A DNA stretch of 45,453 nucleotides from Nitrospinota bacterium (GCA_016217765.1 JACRGP010000110.1:1-45453); one strand, 5' to 3'. Positions 8,262 to 18,429 are shown, numbered from the stretch's first letter. Numbers and translations are program-made. The notes: generated by a model from the letters alone, not told the origin.

Positions 8262-8948
8262 TCAGAGCAGAGAGATCAATTCGGCAATGTTGGACGCCAC
8301 CAGGTCGGCCCCGGCGAAGTCGATGTTTTGGTTGAGCCGGTTGCGGACGATGACGCAGGCCATCCCGCCCTCCTTCGCGGCCTGAAGCCCTTTCAAGGCG
8401 TCTTCCACCACCACGCAGTTTTTGGGGTCGCGGTCCATCGCCGCCGCGGCGTTCAGAAAAATGTCCGGATGGGGTTTCTCGCGGCCGGCGGCCTCTTTCC
8501 CGAGGATGATGGGGAACAGGTCCTGGGCGTTGGCGTGGCCCAGGATGGCGCGGATGTCGTGCCCCCACGACCCGGACGCGATGGCGATGGGAAACCTGGC
8601 CCGCAGGATTTCCGCCAGCCGCGGGGCGTCGGGGAACAGCTTGATCTCCCCGCTTTGGCAATACCGGGAATAAATCTCGAACTTTTCCCGGCGCATGACT
8701 TCCGGCTTGACGTCGATTTTCAGGTTGTAGCGTTCGATTTCTCCGGCGATGCCTTTCCCTTTCGAGGTGAACTCGATCCAGTATTCCTCGGGGTCGATGG
8801 TGTGTCCGTATTTTTGGAACACCTCGTTATAGGCGCGGTAGTGGAAGGGCTCGGAGTCGGCGATCAGGCCGTCGAAGTCCAGGATCGCCCCCTGGCAGTT
8901 TTCAAGAATGGCTTGCAATTTCTTCCTCGCCGCGTTTGACGTGTTCAA
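8262..8948 (-). CDS. HAD-superfamily phosphatase (beta-PGM/CbbY-like)
   Basis: DFDGLIADSE, ASGS, KPHP, VEDA motifs. Probable TTG start overlapping the lepB stop (TTGA). Confidence 0.85.
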   Translation of the reverse strand: MNTSNAARKKLQAILENCQGAILDFDGLIADSEPFHYRAYNEVFQKYGHTIDPEEYWIEFTSKGKGIAGEIERYNLKIDVKPEVMRREKFEIYSRYCQSGEIKLFPDAPRLAEILRARFPIAIASGSWGHDIRAILGHANAQDLFPIILGKEAAGREKPHPDIFLNAAAAMDRDPKNCVVVEDALKGLQAAKEGGMACVIVRNRLNQNIDFAGADLVASNIAELISLL

Positions 8949-9616
8949 TGCAATAGCTTGCCGATACGGCCAAACCGCGCCCAGCCGTCCTCGCCGTCCC
9001 ACGACCAGTAGATCATGAGGGCCTTCCCTTTGATGAGGTCGGCGTTCAGGAAACCCCAATAGCGGCTGTCCTGGCTGTTTTCGCGGTTGTCCCCCATGAC
9101 GAAGAGGTGTCCTTCCGGGACCCGCGTGGGCCCGAAATCGTCGCGGGGCGGGAGGTAGTCCCCCGACGGAGGTTCCTGGTGGTTGACGTAGGCGTCCTCG
9201 GCGATGGGTTTGTCGTTGATGTAAACTTTCTGCCGCCGGATTTCAAGCTTGTCGCCCGGCAGGCCGATCACGCGCTTGATGAAGTCCCGTTGCTCGTCCC
9301 TGGGATATTTGAAGACGATGATGTCCCCGCGTTCCGGCATTTCGGCCAACATCCGGTAATCGGGAAACAACTTGACGCTGGTGAACAGGATTTCGTTGGG
9401 GATATGGATGCCGTAGGAAAACTTGTTGACCAGGATGTGGTCGCCCACCAGGAGCGTTTTCTCCATCGACCCGGAGGGGATCTTGAAGGCTTGGACGATG
9501 AAGGTGCGGATGAACAGCGCCAACGCCAGGGCAATGACGATGGCCTCGGCATATTCCCGGAATGCGGTTTTGGACTGTTGGGAAACCTGGGCGTCTTTCT
9601 TGGAGTTATTTGGCAT
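8945..9616 (-). CDS. lepB: Signal peptidase I
   Basis: [32 protein letters not shown]; directly follows lepA. Confidence 0.97.
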   Translation of the reverse strand: MPNNSKKDAQVSQQSKTAFREYAEAIVIALALALFIRTFIVQAFKIPSGSMEKTLLVGDHILVNKFSYGIHIPNEILFTSVKLFPDYRMLAEMPERGDIIVFKYPRDEQRDFIKRVIGLPGDKLEIRRQKVYINDKPIAEDAYVNHQEPPSGDYLPPRDDFGPTRVPEGHLFVMGDNRENSQDSRYWGFLNADLIKGKALMIYWSWDGEDGWARFGRIGKLLH

Positions 9617-11408
9617 CGGTTCTTAAAACGGCCAGGAAGGCTTCCTGCGGGATTTCCACGTTGCCGATCTGTTTCATTTTTTTCTTGCCGGCCTTCTGTT
9701 TTTCCAGCAACTTCCGCTTGCGGGTGATGTCGCCCCCGTAGCATTTGGCGAGCACGTTCTTTCTGAGGGCCTTGACGGTTTCCCGGGCGATGACTTTACT
9801 GCCGATGGCCGCCTGGATGGCGATTTCGAACATCTGCCGGGGGATCTGCTCCTTCAGTTTTTTCGCCAGGTCGCGCCCCTGGGAGAACGCCTTGTCCTTG
9901 TGGACGATCATGGAGAGCGCGTCGACCAGGTCGCCGTTGAGCAAGATATCCAACTTTACCAGATTCGAGGGGCGGAAATCGATAAATTCATAATCGAACG
10001 ACGCGTATCCCTTGGTGCACGATTTCAACTGGTCGTAGAAGTCCAGCAGTATCTCGTTGAACGGCAATTCGTATTCTAGGAGGACCGTTTTGGGGTTGAG
10101 GTATTCCATCTTCTTCTGCGTCCCCCGCTTTTCCCGGGTGAGGGCCATGATGGCGCCGATGTATTCCTCGGGCGTGATGATCGTGCCCCGGACGATGGGC
10201 TCTTCGATGCGGTCTATCCGGGTCTGGTCCTTCATTTGCGCCGGGTTGTCGAGCATGATCGTCTTGCCGTCGACGGTGTGCAATTTGTAGACCACGGTGG
10301 GGGCGGTGGTCAGCAGATCGACGTTGTACTCTCTTTGCAGTCGCTCGCGGACGATCTCCATGTGGAGCAGGCCGAGAAAGCCGCAACGGAAACCGAAACC
10401 CAGGGCGGTGGAGGTCTCCGGCTCGTACGTGAAGGAGGCGTCGTTGAGCCGCAGTTTCTTCAGGGCGTCCCGCAGGGGCTCGTACTGGTCGCCGTTGATG
10501 GGATAAAGGCCGCTGAACACCATCGGCTTCACCTCCTTGTAACCGGGAAGCGGATGGGGCGTGGGGCGTCCCGCTTCCGTGACCGTGTCGCCGATCTTGG
10601 AATGGTCGAGGTCCTTGATGGTGGCCGTCAAATAACCCACTTCCCCGGCGCGCAAGCGTTCCAAGGGCTTGGGGACGGGGGTGAACGCGCCGAGCTCCTC
10701 CACCTCGAATTCGCCGCCGGTCGCCATCATCCGTATCCGGGCCCCTACCTTGAGGACGCCGTCAATGACCCGGACGAGGACTACGACGCCCTTATACGAG
10801 TCGTACCAGGCGTCGAACAGCAGGCACTTGAGCGGCTTGCTTTCGTCTCCGGCGGGAGGCGGGATCAGCCGGACCGCCGATTCCATGATCTCCTCGATGC
10901 CAATGCCCTCCTTGGCGCTCGCCAGGACGGCGTCGCCGGAGTCGATCTGGAGGACGTCCTCCAACTGTTCCTTCACGAACTCCGGGTTGGCGCTGGGGAG
11001 GTCGATCTTGTTGATGACCGGGACGATGGCGAGGTTGTGTTGCATCGCCAGGTTGAGGTTGGCGATCGTCTGGGCCTGGATCCCCTGGCTGGCGTCGATG
11101 ACCAGCAGGACCCCCTCGCAGGCCGCCAGGCTCCGGCTGACCTCGTAGGTGAAATCGACGTGGCCCGGGGTGTCGATGATGTTGAACAAATACCGTTCGC
11201 CCGATTTGCCGGCGTAATTCAGACGGACCGTCTGCGCCTTGATGGTGATGCCGCGCTCGCGCTCCAGATCCATGTTGTCCAGCACCTGGTCCTTCATCTC
11301 CCTCTTATCCAGCCCGCCGGTGAACAAAATGAGCTTGTCCGCCAAAGTCGACTTGCCGTGGTCGATATGCGCGATGATCGAAAAGTTACGGATGTTTTTC
11401 TGGTTCAT
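9606..11408 (-). CDS. lepA: Elongation factor 4
   Basis: [51 protein letters not shown]. Confidence 0.98.
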   Translation of the reverse strand: MNQKNIRNFSIIAHIDHGKSTLADKLILFTGGLDKREMKDQVLDNMDLERERGITIKAQTVRLNYAGKSGERYLFNIIDTPGHVDFTYEVSRSLAACEGVLLVIDASQGIQAQTIANLNLAMQHNLAIVPVINKIDLPSANPEFVKEQLEDVLQIDSGDAVLASAKEGIGIEEIMESAVRLIPPPAGDESKPLKCLLFDAWYDSYKGVVVLVRVIDGVLKVGARIRMMATGGEFEVEELGAFTPVPKPLERLRAGEVGYLTATIKDLDHSKIGDTVTEAGRPTPHPLPGYKEVKPMVFSGLYPINGDQYEPLRDALKKLRLNDASFTYEPETSTALGFGFRCGFLGLLHMEIVRERLQREYNVDLLTTAPTVVYKLHTVDGKTIMLDNPAQMKDQTRIDRIEEPIVRGTIITPEEYIGAIMALTREKRGTQKKMEYLNPKTVLLEYELPFNEILLDFYDQLKSCTKGYASFDYEFIDFRPSNLVKLDILLNGDLVDALSMIVHKDKAFSQGRDLAKKLKEQIPRQMFEIAIQAAIGSKVIARETVKALRKNVLAKCYGGDITRKRKLLEKQKAGKKKMKQIGNVEIPQEAFLAVLRTDAK

Positions 11409-11564
11409 TTTTTAATTTCACGCGATCCAAATGATTGTTGCCATGGTTTCGAGCCTTCCGCCGGGGGAGCCGTTTTACGATCGTGGGTCTGCTGGGTCCG
11501 CAAGGCGTTCGGAACGTTCTTTTCGGCGGGGAGTCGTTTCCGGGGACGGGTCCCGGTTTTTATT

Positions 11565-12575
11565 TCATGCCTTGTTATATGCCGCCGACTCGCTACGGAT
11601 GGGAAGGGGGACCGACCGGTCCAAACGGGCCAGATATTCCCGCCATTCCTTGAACCGGACCTTGATCGTTTCGTAGTCCCGGTCGTTGTCGATGTCCAGG
11701 GCCGCCCCGGGGAATGGCGTTTCAAGCCCCACGAACCGGGTTTTCATGATCCTGGAAATGCATTGCTCGAACTCCCGCTTCGGCGTCCAGTCGCGGAAGT
11801 AGTCGACCATGGGCCTCATGCCGAGACTGGCGAACAGGAGACACGCCTCCAGCCCGAGGTAGTATTTGAACCGCTCCAGCCGGTCCTTTCCGATCAATTT
11901 CAAGCCGAAGAGGATCACGTTCTTGATGTTTCTCTGGTAACGGTACTGATACATGTCCCGGATGTATTCCCGGTTCAAAATCCTCAGGGGCTTGACCAGG
12001 TGAAGGTTATTGATCCGGCAACTCTTTTCCTTGAGGTGCAAATAGGCCATTTTGATTCCGGGACGGTTGTCCCGGGGGTAAAAATATTCCAGGTTCCGCT
12101 CGGACACCAGGCCGAGGACATGGTCGTAGTTTTCCAGGTCGCAGTTCGCGATGAAATAGTCCACCTCATCGGGGGCGATCAGCGGCGCGTCGCAGGGGAC
12201 GATCAATACCGCCGTGTCTTTATGCTCGGAGTTCGCCAGGTCCGGCGGATTTCCCTCGTTGGGGAGGGTCTTTAAAAACGTGCGCCAGATGTTTTCGTAC
12301 AGGTTGTCTCTTTGTTGGACGACGAAAATCCGTTTGGGGTAATTCAGGTCTATATTGGCTTCCTTCAGGGTCTGTTGAAGCCGGTCTTTCAGGCCGACGA
12401 TGTAGATGTCCTTGATGGATTCGACCTGCTGGAGGGTCTCCACCACGTAATTGACGATGCATTTGCCCTCCAGTTTAAGGAAAGCCTTGTGCCGGTGATA
12501 CACCTTGTAGCTGGATTCTCCCTCTCCGGCGACAAGGATGGCGTCGAATTTTTTTGGCGTTGGTTTCGAGTTCAT
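11565..12575 (-). CDS. MobA-like NTP-transferase (GT-A nucleotidyltransferase) domain protein
   Basis: AILVAGEG, KAFL, VPCDAPLI, LDIDNDRD motifs. Confidence 0.75.
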   Translation of the reverse strand: MNSKPTPKKFDAILVAGEGESSYKVYHRHKAFLKLEGKCIVNYVVETLQQVESIKDIYIVGLKDRLQQTLKEANIDLNYPKRIFVVQQRDNLYENIWRTFLKTLPNEGNPPDLANSEHKDTAVLIVPCDAPLIAPDEVDYFIANCDLENYDHVLGLVSERNLEYFYPRDNRPGIKMAYLHLKEKSCRINNLHLVKPLRILNREYIRDMYQYRYQRNIKNVILFGLKLIGKDRLERFKYYLGLEACLLFASLGMRPMVDYFRDWTPKREFEQCISRIMKTRFVGLETPFPGAALDIDNDRDYETIKVRFKEWREYLARLDRSVPLPIRSESAAYNKA

Positions 12576-12742
12576 GACGGTTTCCGAAGAAGCCTTATAT
12601 CACATCGGCGGAAATTTTTCGACCGAAACCGGACGAAGGTCCGTTTGCGGGCGGATGGCGATTTTGACCTTGCCATATCGCGAAAATTCCGATATACAAC
12701 GGCCTTGTCGCTCATCGCTTCCAGAATACCAGATTTTTAGTC

Positions 12743-13858
12743 ATGTCACAAAACCCGCCTTTGAAAACCACGCCCCTTTGCAAGGCCCATGAAGAGTTGG
12801 GAGCCCGGATGGTCCCCTTCGCGGGTTGGTACATGCCGATCCAGTACGCCGGCGTCGTCCAGGAACATTTGTGCGTACGCGACGGCGTCGGGATATTCGA
12901 CGTCAGCCATATGGGAGAAATCGACATCTCCGGCAAGGACGCGAAAAAATTCCTGCAAACGCTCGTGACTAACGACGTGGAGAAATTATCCGAGCGGGCC
13001 ATCCTGTACACGTTGATGTGTTACGAGAATGGCGGAGTGGTGGACGACCTGCTGGTGCACCGGTTGGCGGAAGACCATTATTTTCTGTGCGTTAACGCGT
13101 CCAATGCGGACAAGGACTACCAATGGGTTTTGGACCGGGCGCGGCCTTTCCAGGTGGAGGCGCGTAACATCGGCGCCGAAACCGTCCAACTGGCCATCCA
13201 GGGTAAACACTCGGAACCGTTGCTTCAAAGATTGAGCGACGTGCCGCTGGACGATATTAAATATTACCATTTTAAAACAGGCAAAATCCACCGTGTTGAT
13301 TGTATAATCGCGCGCACGGGTTACACCGGCGAGGACGGTTTTGAAATCTATTTCAACGCGGAACACGCGGAGCGGGTTTTCGGAAAACTCATCGAGGAAG
13401 GCCGGGATTTTAGTCTTCAGCCCATCGGATTGGGGGCGCGGGACACCCTGCGGCTGGAAATGGGATACGCCCTCTATGGCAATGAAATCGGCGCCGGGTC
13501 TTCCCCTCTGGAAGCCGGGTTGGGGTGGGTGATCAAACTGCAAAAACCGGCGGAGTTCGCCGGCCGTGAAGCCCTGCGGCGCCAGAAGGAAGCGGGACTG
13601 AAACGCAAACTGGCCGGGATCAAACTCCTGGACCGAGGCGTGCCGCGGTCCCATTACCGCATACTGCGCGAAGGCCATCCGGTGGGCGAGATAACCAGCG
13701 GGACCTTTTCGCCTTCCTTGAATTGCGGCATCGCGATGTGTTATGTGTCCTCGGAATGCGCGGAAAAAGGGACCCGGTTGGAAGTCGAGATCCGGAGCCA
13801 GCGCGTTCCGGCGGAGGTCGTGCCGTTGCCTTTCGTTCCCAGCCGGGTGAAAAAATAG
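12743..13858 (+). CDS. gcvT: Glycine cleavage system aminomethyltransferase T
   Basis: FAGWYMPIQY, FDVSHMGE, RTGYTGEDGFE, GLGARDTLRLEMG. Confidence 0.97.
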   Translation: MSQNPPLKTTPLCKAHEELGARMVPFAGWYMPIQYAGVVQEHLCVRDGVGIFDVSHMGEIDISGKDAKKFLQTLVTNDVEKLSERAILYTLMCYENGGVVDDLLVHRLAEDHYFLCVNASNADKDYQWVLDRARPFQVEARNIGAETVQLAIQGKHSEPLLQRLSDVPLDDIKYYHFKTGKIHRVDCIIARTGYTGEDGFEIYFNAEHAERVFGKLIEEGRDFSLQPIGLGARDTLRLEMGYALYGNEIGAGSSPLEAGLGWVIKLQKPAEFAGREALRRQKEAGLKRKLAGIKLLDRGVPRSHYRILREGHPVGEITSGTFSPSLNCGIAMCYVSSECAEKGTRLEVEIRSQRVPAEVVPLPFVPSRVKK

Positions 13859-13945
13859 GTTTTTCGTTGCCAGTCGCGAATTTGCTCCGGGTTGGCGGAA
13901 TCGCCCGGCGCGTTAAATTTTAAATCCATCATACAGGGAGGAACC

Positions 13946-14335
13946 ATGGAGGTCCCCAAAGATCTTCTATACACCGAGGAACACGAGTGGATCCGGGTCA
14001 AGGGAAACAAGGGGGTGATCGGCATCACCCATTTCGCCCAGGACCGGCTCGGCGACGTGGTTTTCGTGGAACTGCCGCAAAAGGGCGCAACCGTTTCCCA
14101 GAGTAAAACCTTTGGCGTGGTGGAGTCGGTCAAAACCGTGTCCGACCTTTACGGCCCCGTCGGCGGCGCCGTGACCGCGGTCAACCAGGAGTTGGAAAGC
14201 CATCCCGAACAGGTCAACAGCGACCCCTACGGGAAAGGATGGATGATCGAGGTCGAAATTTCCTCCGCCAAGGAACTGGAAACTCTCCTGTCCCCGGAAA
14301 AGTACGCCGAGCGGATCAAGGAAGAAACCCACTAA
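13946..14335 (+). CDS. gcvH: Glycine cleavage system H protein
   Basis: HEW, LGDVVFVELP, VESVKTVSD (lipoyl-Lys), DPYGKGW; GGAGG RBS precedes ATG 13946. Confidence 0.97.
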   Translation: MEVPKDLLYTEEHEWIRVKGNKGVIGITHFAQDRLGDVVFVELPQKGATVSQSKTFGVVESVKTVSDLYGPVGGAVTAVNQELESHPEQVNSDPYGKGWMIEVEISSAKELETLLSPEKYAERIKEETH

Positions 14336-14356
14336 CAGAGCCACCCTACCCCGCCC

Positions 14357-15703
14357 ATGCGTTACATCCCTCATACGGAACAGGACATTAAGGAAATGCT
14401 CGCCCGTATCGGCGTCAAGTCGATCGGCGAGTTGTTCGACAGCATCCCCAAGGCCCTACGGCTGGAAAAACCGCTGGACCTGCCCGCGCCGCTGGCCGAG
14501 AGCGAACTGCTCTCCCTGATGAAGCGCATGGGCGCCCACAACCCCAACCCGGACGAGTACGCCCAGTTCCAGGGGGCGGGGGCCTACCGGCATTTCATCC
14601 CGGCGCTGGTGAACCACCTGGCGTCGCGCGGCGAATTTTCCACGTGCTACACCCCATACCAGCCGGAGGTGAGCCAGGGCACGCTCCAGGCCATATTCGA
14701 ATTCCAAAGCATGGTCTGCATGCTGACCGGCATGGAGGTCGCCAACGCCTCCATGTACGACGGCGCCTCGGCCCTGGCCGAGGCGGTCCTCATGGCGGCC
14801 CGCGTCGCCGGCAGGGAGGAAATCCTGGTCTCGCGCGCCGTCCATCCCGAATACCGCCAGACCGCGCGGACCTACGTCCAGGGCAACGGGGTCAAGCTCG
14901 TGGAAGTCCCGTTCGGGGCCGACGGCCGGACCGACGTCGATTTCATCCTGAACAACCTGGGCGAGAGGACCGCCGCCGTGGCGATCCAGAGCCCCAACTT
15001 TTTCGGCGCGGTCGAGCCGTATTCCGGATTGGCGGAGCGCCTGCGCGAACGCGGCGTCCTGTTGATCGTGGCCGTCGCCGAGGCGCTCTCGCTGGGGATC
15101 CTCAAGTCTCCCGGCGAAAGAGGCGCGGACATCGTCGTCGGCGAGGGGCAGTCCTTCGGACTCCCGGTGTCCTATGGCGGGCCGTACCTGGGATTTTTCG
15201 CCGTCCGCGAGAAGCAGTTCCGGCAGATGCCCGGCAGGCTGGTCGGCGAGACCGTCGATACCCGCGGCAACCGCGCCTTCGTCCTCACGTTGGCCGCCCG
15301 CGAGCAACACATCCGGCGCGAGAAAGCCACGTCCAACATCTGCACCAACCAGGGACTGTGCGCGCTGATCGCGGCCATTTACCTCGCCGCCATGGGCAAA
15401 CAGGGACTGCGGGAAACGGCCATGCAAAACCTGCGCAAGGCCGACTACCTGAAAAACAAACTGGCGAAACTCAAAAACCATGCCATCCGGTTTTCCGGCG
15501 AAACGTTCAACGAATTCGTCCTCGATTGCCCCATCCCCGCCCAGACCGTGCAAGAGAAACTCCTGCGGGACAAAATCGTCGCCGGGGTCCCGCTCGCGCG
15601 GTTTTATCCCGAAATGCCCAACTCCCTCCTCCTGTGCGTCACCGAGACCAACACCGCGGACGAAATGGACCGCCTCGCCGAAAAGCTGGCGGACATGGCG
15701 TGA
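14357..15703 (+). CDS. gcvPA: Glycine dehydrogenase (decarboxylating) subunit 1
   Basis: MRYIPHT, YTPYQPEVSQGTLQ, NASMYDG, REQHIRREKATSNICTNQ; 448 aa. Confidence 0.96.
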   Translation: MRYIPHTEQDIKEMLARIGVKSIGELFDSIPKALRLEKPLDLPAPLAESELLSLMKRMGAHNPNPDEYAQFQGAGAYRHFIPALVNHLASRGEFSTCYTPYQPEVSQGTLQAIFEFQSMVCMLTGMEVANASMYDGASALAEAVLMAARVAGREEILVSRAVHPEYRQTARTYVQGNGVKLVEVPFGADGRTDVDFILNNLGERTAAVAIQSPNFFGAVEPYSGLAERLRERGVLLIVAVAEALSLGILKSPGERGADIVVGEGQSFGLPVSYGGPYLGFFAVREKQFRQMPGRLVGETVDTRGNRAFVLTLAAREQHIRREKATSNICTNQGLCALIAAIYLAAMGKQGLRETAMQNLRKADYLKNKLAKLKNHAIRFSGETFNEFVLDCPIPAQTVQEKLLRDKIVAGVPLARFYPEMPNSLLLCVTETNTADEMDRLAEKLADMA

Positions 15704-15825
15704 TCGGGGAATTCCCCAGACCGCGTACCACTTGGAAATCCGGGGATCGGTTGCCGCAAGGCTTGCGGATTTTTTTTCGCGGCCTATTTTATAAGTATAT
15801 AGGAACCGGGAGAGAGGGAAAAATC

Positions 15826-16287
15826 ATGCCAACGACAAGACTGAAGGAGTTTTTGGAGCGCAACCACGTTCAGTACGTCACCCTGTTTCATTCGCCCGCC
15901 TACACCGCGCAGGAAATCGCCAAGGCGGCCCATATTTCCGGCAAAGCGATGGTCAAGACCGTGATGATCAAGGTCGACGGTCAAATGGCGATGGCGGTAT
16001 TGCCCGCCCACCACAAGGTGGATTTGGAGGCCCTGAGAGAAGCGGCAGGGGCCGGGAAAGTCGCCCTGGCAAGCGAACAGGAGTTCAAGAGCAGGTTCCC
16101 CGACTGCGAGGCGGGAGCCATGCCGCCCTTCGGCAACCTTTACGACATGGACGTTTACGTGGACGAAGCGCTGACGGAAGACGAGGAGATCGGGTTCAAC
16201 GCCGGGAGCCATTCGGAAATCCTGAAAATGGCCTATGGGGATTTCGAAAAGCTCGTGAAGCCGAGACACGTCAGGTTCTACAATTGA
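15826..16287 (+). CDS. YbaK/EbsC/ProX family aminoacyl-tRNA deacylase
   Basis: VKTV, GAMPPFG and FNAGSH motifs. This is the 3' end of the 14644..16287 ORF, with an RBS-like GAGAGGG before ATG 15826. Confidence 0.88.
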   Translation: MPTTRLKEFLERNHVQYVTLFHSPAYTAQEIAKAAHISGKAMVKTVMIKVDGQMAMAVLPAHHKVDLEALREAAGAGKVALASEQEFKSRFPDCEAGAMPPFGNLYDMDVYVDEALTEDEEIGFNAGSHSEILKMAYGDFEKLVKPRHVRFYN

Positions 16288-16525
16288 AAGAAAACATGGC
16301 GTCTCGATTCCGGCGGGGAAACGTCTCGCAAAATGACGGCGAGCCAAGTATTCCAACCGGTTCCCCACGCGCGAGGGGGTAAGCGCCAACCCCGGCATCG
16401 GGGAGCGCCGGAGAGCTGTCCGCCTTGTTTTTCAAGCTGTAAAGGGCCGTTCGCGTTTTCCGGCGGGGTTCGTCATCGGTAATTCATTGAAAGAAAAACG
16501 CATCGGGGAAATCTTTGGACGGCTG

Positions 16526-16556
16526 TTGACAAAAGCGAAGCTCGGCCCGATATTAT
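16526..16556 (+). promoter_or_regulatory. Putative sigma-70 promoter
   Basis: TTGACA-N19-TATTAT upstream of the 16613 ORF; the spacer is long. Confidence 0.35.
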
Positions 16557-16612
16557 GCTGGATATCTGTTCCGTAGCCTCCTTCCTTGCTTCTTGAGACA
16601 AAGAGTATTTAC

Positions 16613-16993
16613 ATGCCCCATAATATTCTGATTGCGGATAATCCTTCCGATGGCGTTCAAAATTACAAGCGTTTTTTCGCGCAACAAGGCTATGGGGTTT
16701 ACGTTGTCTCCTCTCTGAAAGAAGTCAAGGACTTATTAATCAAAGGAGACTTTTCGGTCGCCCTGATTAGCGAGGTTTTAGTGGATAGCCTCGACTCTCC
16801 CTCCCTCCAGGCCATGAAGAAAAGCCGGGGGAAATGCAAGTTCATTTTGATGAGTTGCTCCATCGACGCGGATTTATACGTCAAGGCGGTTGACGGTCTT
16901 TTCCACGATTGTCTGGCCCACCCCTCGCGTCTTTCCGTTTTGGAGGAGGCGGTATTCAATCTCATCCATCTGGAAGATCGCGTTTTTCAATAA
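16613..16993 (+). CDS. Atypical (pseudo-)receiver domain protein
   Basis: Receiver-fold pattern NILIADN...FSVALISE...FILMS...DCLAHP, but the phospho-Asp and Lys positions are substituted. Confidence 0.6.
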   Translation: MPHNILIADNPSDGVQNYKRFFAQQGYGVYVVSSLKEVKDLLIKGDFSVALISEVLVDSLDSPSLQAMKKSRGKCKFILMSCSIDADLYVKAVDGLFHDCLAHPSRLSVLEEAVFNLIHLEDRVFQ

Positions 16994-17145
16994 GGCGCAT
17001 CATTTCAAGAGGTTGTTGTTCCGGCCCGAACGTCCCGTTCCCCTCTGAAAGTTCCCGCGAATAGAACATGAAATTTCGAGCGACATGGGATATAATTTTA
17101 TATTCTCCAGGGCCTCTCCGTTGCGACCGGGTTTGACATAACTCA

Positions 17146-18429
17146 ATGAAATATTTGATTGTAATTGCCAATGGGTTGACGGACGACCCCATTGCCGAGA
17201 AGGACAACAAAACGCCCCTGCAACTGGCGGACACCCCGAACCTGGATCGGTTGGCCCGATTGGGCCGATCGGGAATGGTCCATACCATTCCGGAAACCTT
17301 GCACGCCGGTAGCGACGTGTCTTTTCTTTCTCTTTTGGGATACGCGCCGGAACGTTATTACGCCGGGCCGGCCTATTTCGAGGCGGCCGCGCTGAACGTG
17401 AAGCTCGACGAGGACGATTTTCCGTTGTGTTGCGATTTTGTCATCCTGCAATCCAGCCACAACGACATGGTCATGAAGGATTACGCGGCGGGCGGGATTT
17501 CCTCCGGCGACGCCAACCTGCTCCTGGACGCCTTGCGGAAGCAGATCGTCAACGTTTCCGTCGATTTTTACCCCGGAAACGGCTATCGCAATTTAATGGT
17601 CGTTAAAAACCGGTTGCTGGCCCGTACGGGCGTTTTGAAAACCGGTCCCGCGGGTCCCATGAAAAACGGCGGCGCCCCGCCGCCGGACGGTCCGGCGGCG
17701 CCCGCGAGGCTGACGCCGCCTGACGAACTGATCGGCGAGGGGATCCGCCGGCACATGCCGGCGGACGACGCGCATAAGGAACTGGCGTACATCGTCAACC
17801 AGGCGCAGATCATCCTCCATCATCACCCGCTGAATAAAGAGCGGAGAAGGAAGGGCCTGGATCCGGTGAACAGCATTTGGCCGTGGGGCAACGGCGGTCG
17901 TCCGGACCTGCCCTCGTTCGAGAGCGAAAACCGGAAAACCGCTTCGGCGGTTTCCGCTTCCTCGCTTTTCACGGGCATGGCGGTTTGCGCGGGAATGAAG
18001 GTTGTCCCGGCCCAGGGGGCCGCGGGTTCGATGGACGCCGATTATCGGGGCAAAGTCCACGCGGCCTTGGCCGAACTGGAGACCCGGGACGCGGTCTACC
18101 TGCAGGTTTCCGCCTGCGAGGAGGTTTCGTTGCACGGCAACCTCGACGATAAAATCCTGGCCATCGAGGATTTCGACCGGGAGGTCGTGGGGCCTCTTCT
18201 GAGCGCCTTGGAAGGGCAAAATGATGTTAAAATACTGCTGGTTGTGAGCCACGTCAGTTCCGCGGTACTGATGAAATACAAGAAGGACCCCGTCCCCTTC
18301 GTCGTTTATCCCGCGCGCCGGGGACCCGACGGGACGGAGCGTTTTGACGAGGACATTTTGAAGGCCGGTTCCGAACGTTTCCGCGACGGGCCGGAGTTGA
18401 TCCAGGCGTTGTTCAAGGGAGAGTTATGA
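17146..18429 (+). CDS. ApgM-like (cofactor-independent phosphoglycerate mutase / proposed homoserine kinase family) protein with degenerate active site
   Basis: KTPLQLADTPNLDRLA, GSD, LLGY, GYRNL, NSIWPWG, DPVPF; ATGA overlap with lysC. Confidence 0.85.
   Translation: MKYLIVIANGLTDDPIAEKDNKTPLQLADTPNLDRLARLGRSGMVHTIPETLHAGSDVSFLSLLGYAPERYYAGPAYFEAAALNVKLDEDDFPLCCDFVILQSSHNDMVMKDYAAGGISSGDANLLLDALRKQIVNVSVDFYPGNGYRNLMVVKNRLLARTGVLKTGPAGPMKNGGAPPPDGPAAPARLTPPDELIGEGIRRHMPADDAHKELAYIVNQAQIILHHHPLNKERRRKGLDPVNSIWPWGNGGRPDLPSFESENRKTASAVSASSLFTGMAVCAGMKVVPAQGAAGSMDADYRGKVHAALAELETRDAVYLQVSACEEVSLHGNLDDKILAIEDFDREVVGPLLSALEGQNDVKILLVVSHVSSAVLMKYKKDPVPFVVYPARRGPDGTERFDEDILKAGSERFRDGPELIQALFKGEL

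Noticed and set aside
12576-12742. Glycine riboswitch upstream of gcvT
   Set aside because: No GGAGA...CCGAAG...CUCUCAGG aptamer core; the gap is short and shared by divergent genes.
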